This document shows positions 61,808 to 64,000 of a stretch of DNA of 64,000 nucleotides, in pieces. Source of the DNA: Hemiscyllium ocellatum (taxonomy: Eukaryota); contig NC_083409.1 in the NCBI RefSeq assembly GCF_020745735.1, positions 17,814,341-17,878,340 on the forward strand, written 5' to 3'. Below the pieces are notes generated by a model that saw only the letters and a list, made by a program, of their open reading frames with translations, was not told the origin of the DNA and made no database searches. The position numbers were made by a program, and so were the translations under genes. Numbering within the stretch: position 1 is the stretch's first letter; each line of letters starts with the position of its first letter.

Positions 61808-62589
61808 GGAGAAAGTGAGGACTGCAGATGCTGGAGATCAGAGTTGAAAATGTGTTGCTGGAAAAGTGCAGCAGGTCAGGCAGCATCTAAAGAGCAGGAG
61901 AATCAATGTTTCGGGCATGAGCCCTTCTTCAGGAATGAGGAGAGTGTGCCCAGCAGGCTAAGATAAAAGGTAGGGAGGAGTGACTTGGGGGAGGGGCTTT
62001 GGAAATGCGATAGGTGGAAGGAGGTCAAGGTGAGGGTGATAGGCCGGAGTGGGGGTGGGGGCGGAGAGGTCAGGAAGAAGATTGCAGGTTAGGAGGGCGG
62101 TGCTGAGTTCGAGGGATTTAACGAAGACAAGTGGGGGGAGGGGAAATGAGGAAACTGGAGAAATCTAGATTCATCCCTTGTGGTTGGAGGGTTCCTAGGC
62201 GGAAGATGAGGCGCTCTTCCTCCAGCCATCGTGTTGCTATGGTCTGGCGATGGAGGAGTCCAAGGACCTGCATGTCCTTGGCAGATTGGGAGGGGGAGTT
62301 GAAGTGTCGAGCCACGGGGTGGTTGGGTTGGTTGGTCAACCACCCCGTGGCTCAACAGACCATAGCAACACGACGCCTCATCTTCCGCCTAGGAACCCTC
62401 CAACCACAAGGGATGAACCTAGATTTATCCAGTTTCCTAATTTCCCCTCCCACCACCTTGTCTCAGTCAAATCCCTCAAACTCAGCACCGCCTTCCTAAT
62501 CTGCAATCTTCTTCCTGACCTTTCCGTCCCCACCCCCACTCCGGCCTATCACCCTCACCATGACCTCCTTCCACCTATCGCATTTCCAA
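61808..62589. mobile_element. PLE pLTR unit (minus) fused to an inverted partial copy (fold-back)
   Basis: 61808-62337 is the same family as 9916..10454; 62338-62589 is the reverse complement of 61999-62324 with two internal deletions. Confidence 0.85.
61901..61936 (-). ncRNA. Hammerhead motif in PLE tail (core intact, helices I/III weakened)
   Basis: AUUC-CUGAAGA-A-GGGC-UCAU-GCCC-GAA-ACAU-U-GAUU. Confidence 0.6.
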
Positions 62590-62789
62590 CGCCAACAGTA
62601 AACATGGACGTCAGTTCACGAGAGTGCTCCATGGAGAAACATGGGCCTCCTTCCCACTGAAGCTCCCAATAGAGACCAGTAAACATGGACATCATTCCTG
62701 CTTGAGCCTCCAATAAAGTCCAGGAAATGTGGGCCTCCTATTCACTTGTCGTTCTAATAGACACAAGTGGATAGTTGAGTTTTTGAAGA

Positions 62790-64000
62790 AATAGATAAAA
62801 ATAGATCAGTACACATTGTCGACATGGACTTTAGCAAGGCCTTAGACAAGATTTCCTATGGTAAACTGCTTAGTAAGATTATATCACAGAGGATCTAGGG
62901 AGAGCTAACCAATTGGATATAAAATGGGCCTGAAGGTAGGAGGCAGAGGTTGGTGAGAGAGGGTTGTTCTTCAGACTGGAGGCCACTGACCAGCCGTCTG
63001 CCACAAGAATCGATCCTGGATCCACTGTTGTTCATCATTTACATGAACAATTTGGATGAGAAAATAGCAGGAATGGTCAGTAAGTTTGTGGCTGACATTA
63101 AAATTGTTGGCATCGTGGACAGGGAAGAAGGTTATCTAAGAATGCAATGTCATCTTCATCAACTGGGCCAGTGGGTCAACAAATCCAGATGGAGTTTAAT
63201 TTCGATAAATGCAAGGAGTTGCATTTTGGTAAGACAAACCAGGGCAGGAATTACACAATTAATGGTAGAGCCATGGGGAGTGTTGTTGAACAGAGAGACT
63301 GAGGTGTACAGGTACATAGTTCCTTTAAAGTGGTGTCACAGGTAGACAGGATGGTGAAGAAGGTATTTGGCACGCTCACCTTCACTGGTCAAAGCAGGAA
63401 GTACAGGAGCTGGGACATCATGTTACAGCTGTACAAGGCATTGGGAAGGCCACATTTGGACACTGTGTACATTCCTATTTACCCTGCTATAGGAAGGAAG
63501 TTACTGCACTGGTTTGGATAAAAGAAAGATTAACAGGGATGTTACCAAGGTTGGTGAGTTTGAATTACAAGGCGAGGATGGATAAGCTGAGAGATTTTTC
63601 CAGTGAATGCAGGAGATTGAGGGGTGACCTTAGAGAGGTTTATAGAATCATTAGGGCCATAGATAAGGAGAATAGCCAAAGTTTTTTTTCCCCAGAGTAG
63701 GGGAGTCCAGTACGAGAAGGAATATGTTTAAGTTGAGAGGGGAAAGAATTAGAAGGGGCCTGAGAGGCAACCTTTTCACACAGAGGTTGGTGTGTATGTG
63801 TAATAAGCTGCCAGAGGAAGTGGTGGAGGGGAGTACAATTACTAGATTTCAAGGACATTTTTACAGGAACATGGATAGGAAGGATTTAGAGAGGATTGGG
63901 CCAAACGCATGCAGATGGGACTAGTTCAGTTTTGGAAACTTGGTCGGCATGGATGAGTTGAGCTGAAGGGCCTGATCCCACGCTGTAAACCTCTATGACT
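62790..64000 (+). mobile_element. Decayed CR1 RT and 3' end
   Basis: LPQESILDPLLFIIYMNNLD, FVADIKI, LQLYKALGRPHL, NLFTQRLVCMCNKLPEEVVE. Confidence 0.9.

Noticed and set aside
1-64000. CRISPR arrays, rRNA, prokaryotic operons
   Set aside because: None seen; vertebrate DNA with spliceosomal introns and retroelements.

Overview
Eukaryotic genomic DNA from a cartilaginous fish (shark; inferred from the Ig sequence and SINE/LINE families). The only host gene is an immunoglobulin kappa-type (shark NS4/type III-like) light-chain minicluster on the minus strand: promoter - leader - V-12RSS ... ~0.44 kb ... 23RSS-J ... ~9.9 kb intron ... C. It appears twice because 1..29161 and 32604..61776 are near-identical copies (offset ~32.6 kb) on either side of a 13-N gap. 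The right copy is fully intact. The left copy has several 1-bp deletions in leader, V and RSS. The gap size and geometry suggest one locus (or two haplotypes) assembled twice rather than two clusters. Almost everything else is decayed retroelements: CR1 LINEs, Penelope-like elements (PLE), HE1-like V-SINEs and SacSINE1/DeuSINE-like SINEs. Non-obvious signals: (i) minimal type I hammerhead ribozymes in the PLE tails, one fully intact and with helix II covariation between copies; (ii) an old inverted duplication 3' of C with short homogenised patches and kB/octamer motifs; (iii) an abrupt step in copy-to-copy divergence at ~21.06 kb; (iv) a PLE fold-back upstream of the promoter. I did not find a wholly new biological system. 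All comparisons were done by eye, repeat boundaries are approximate, and repeat family names are from recall, not a database search.
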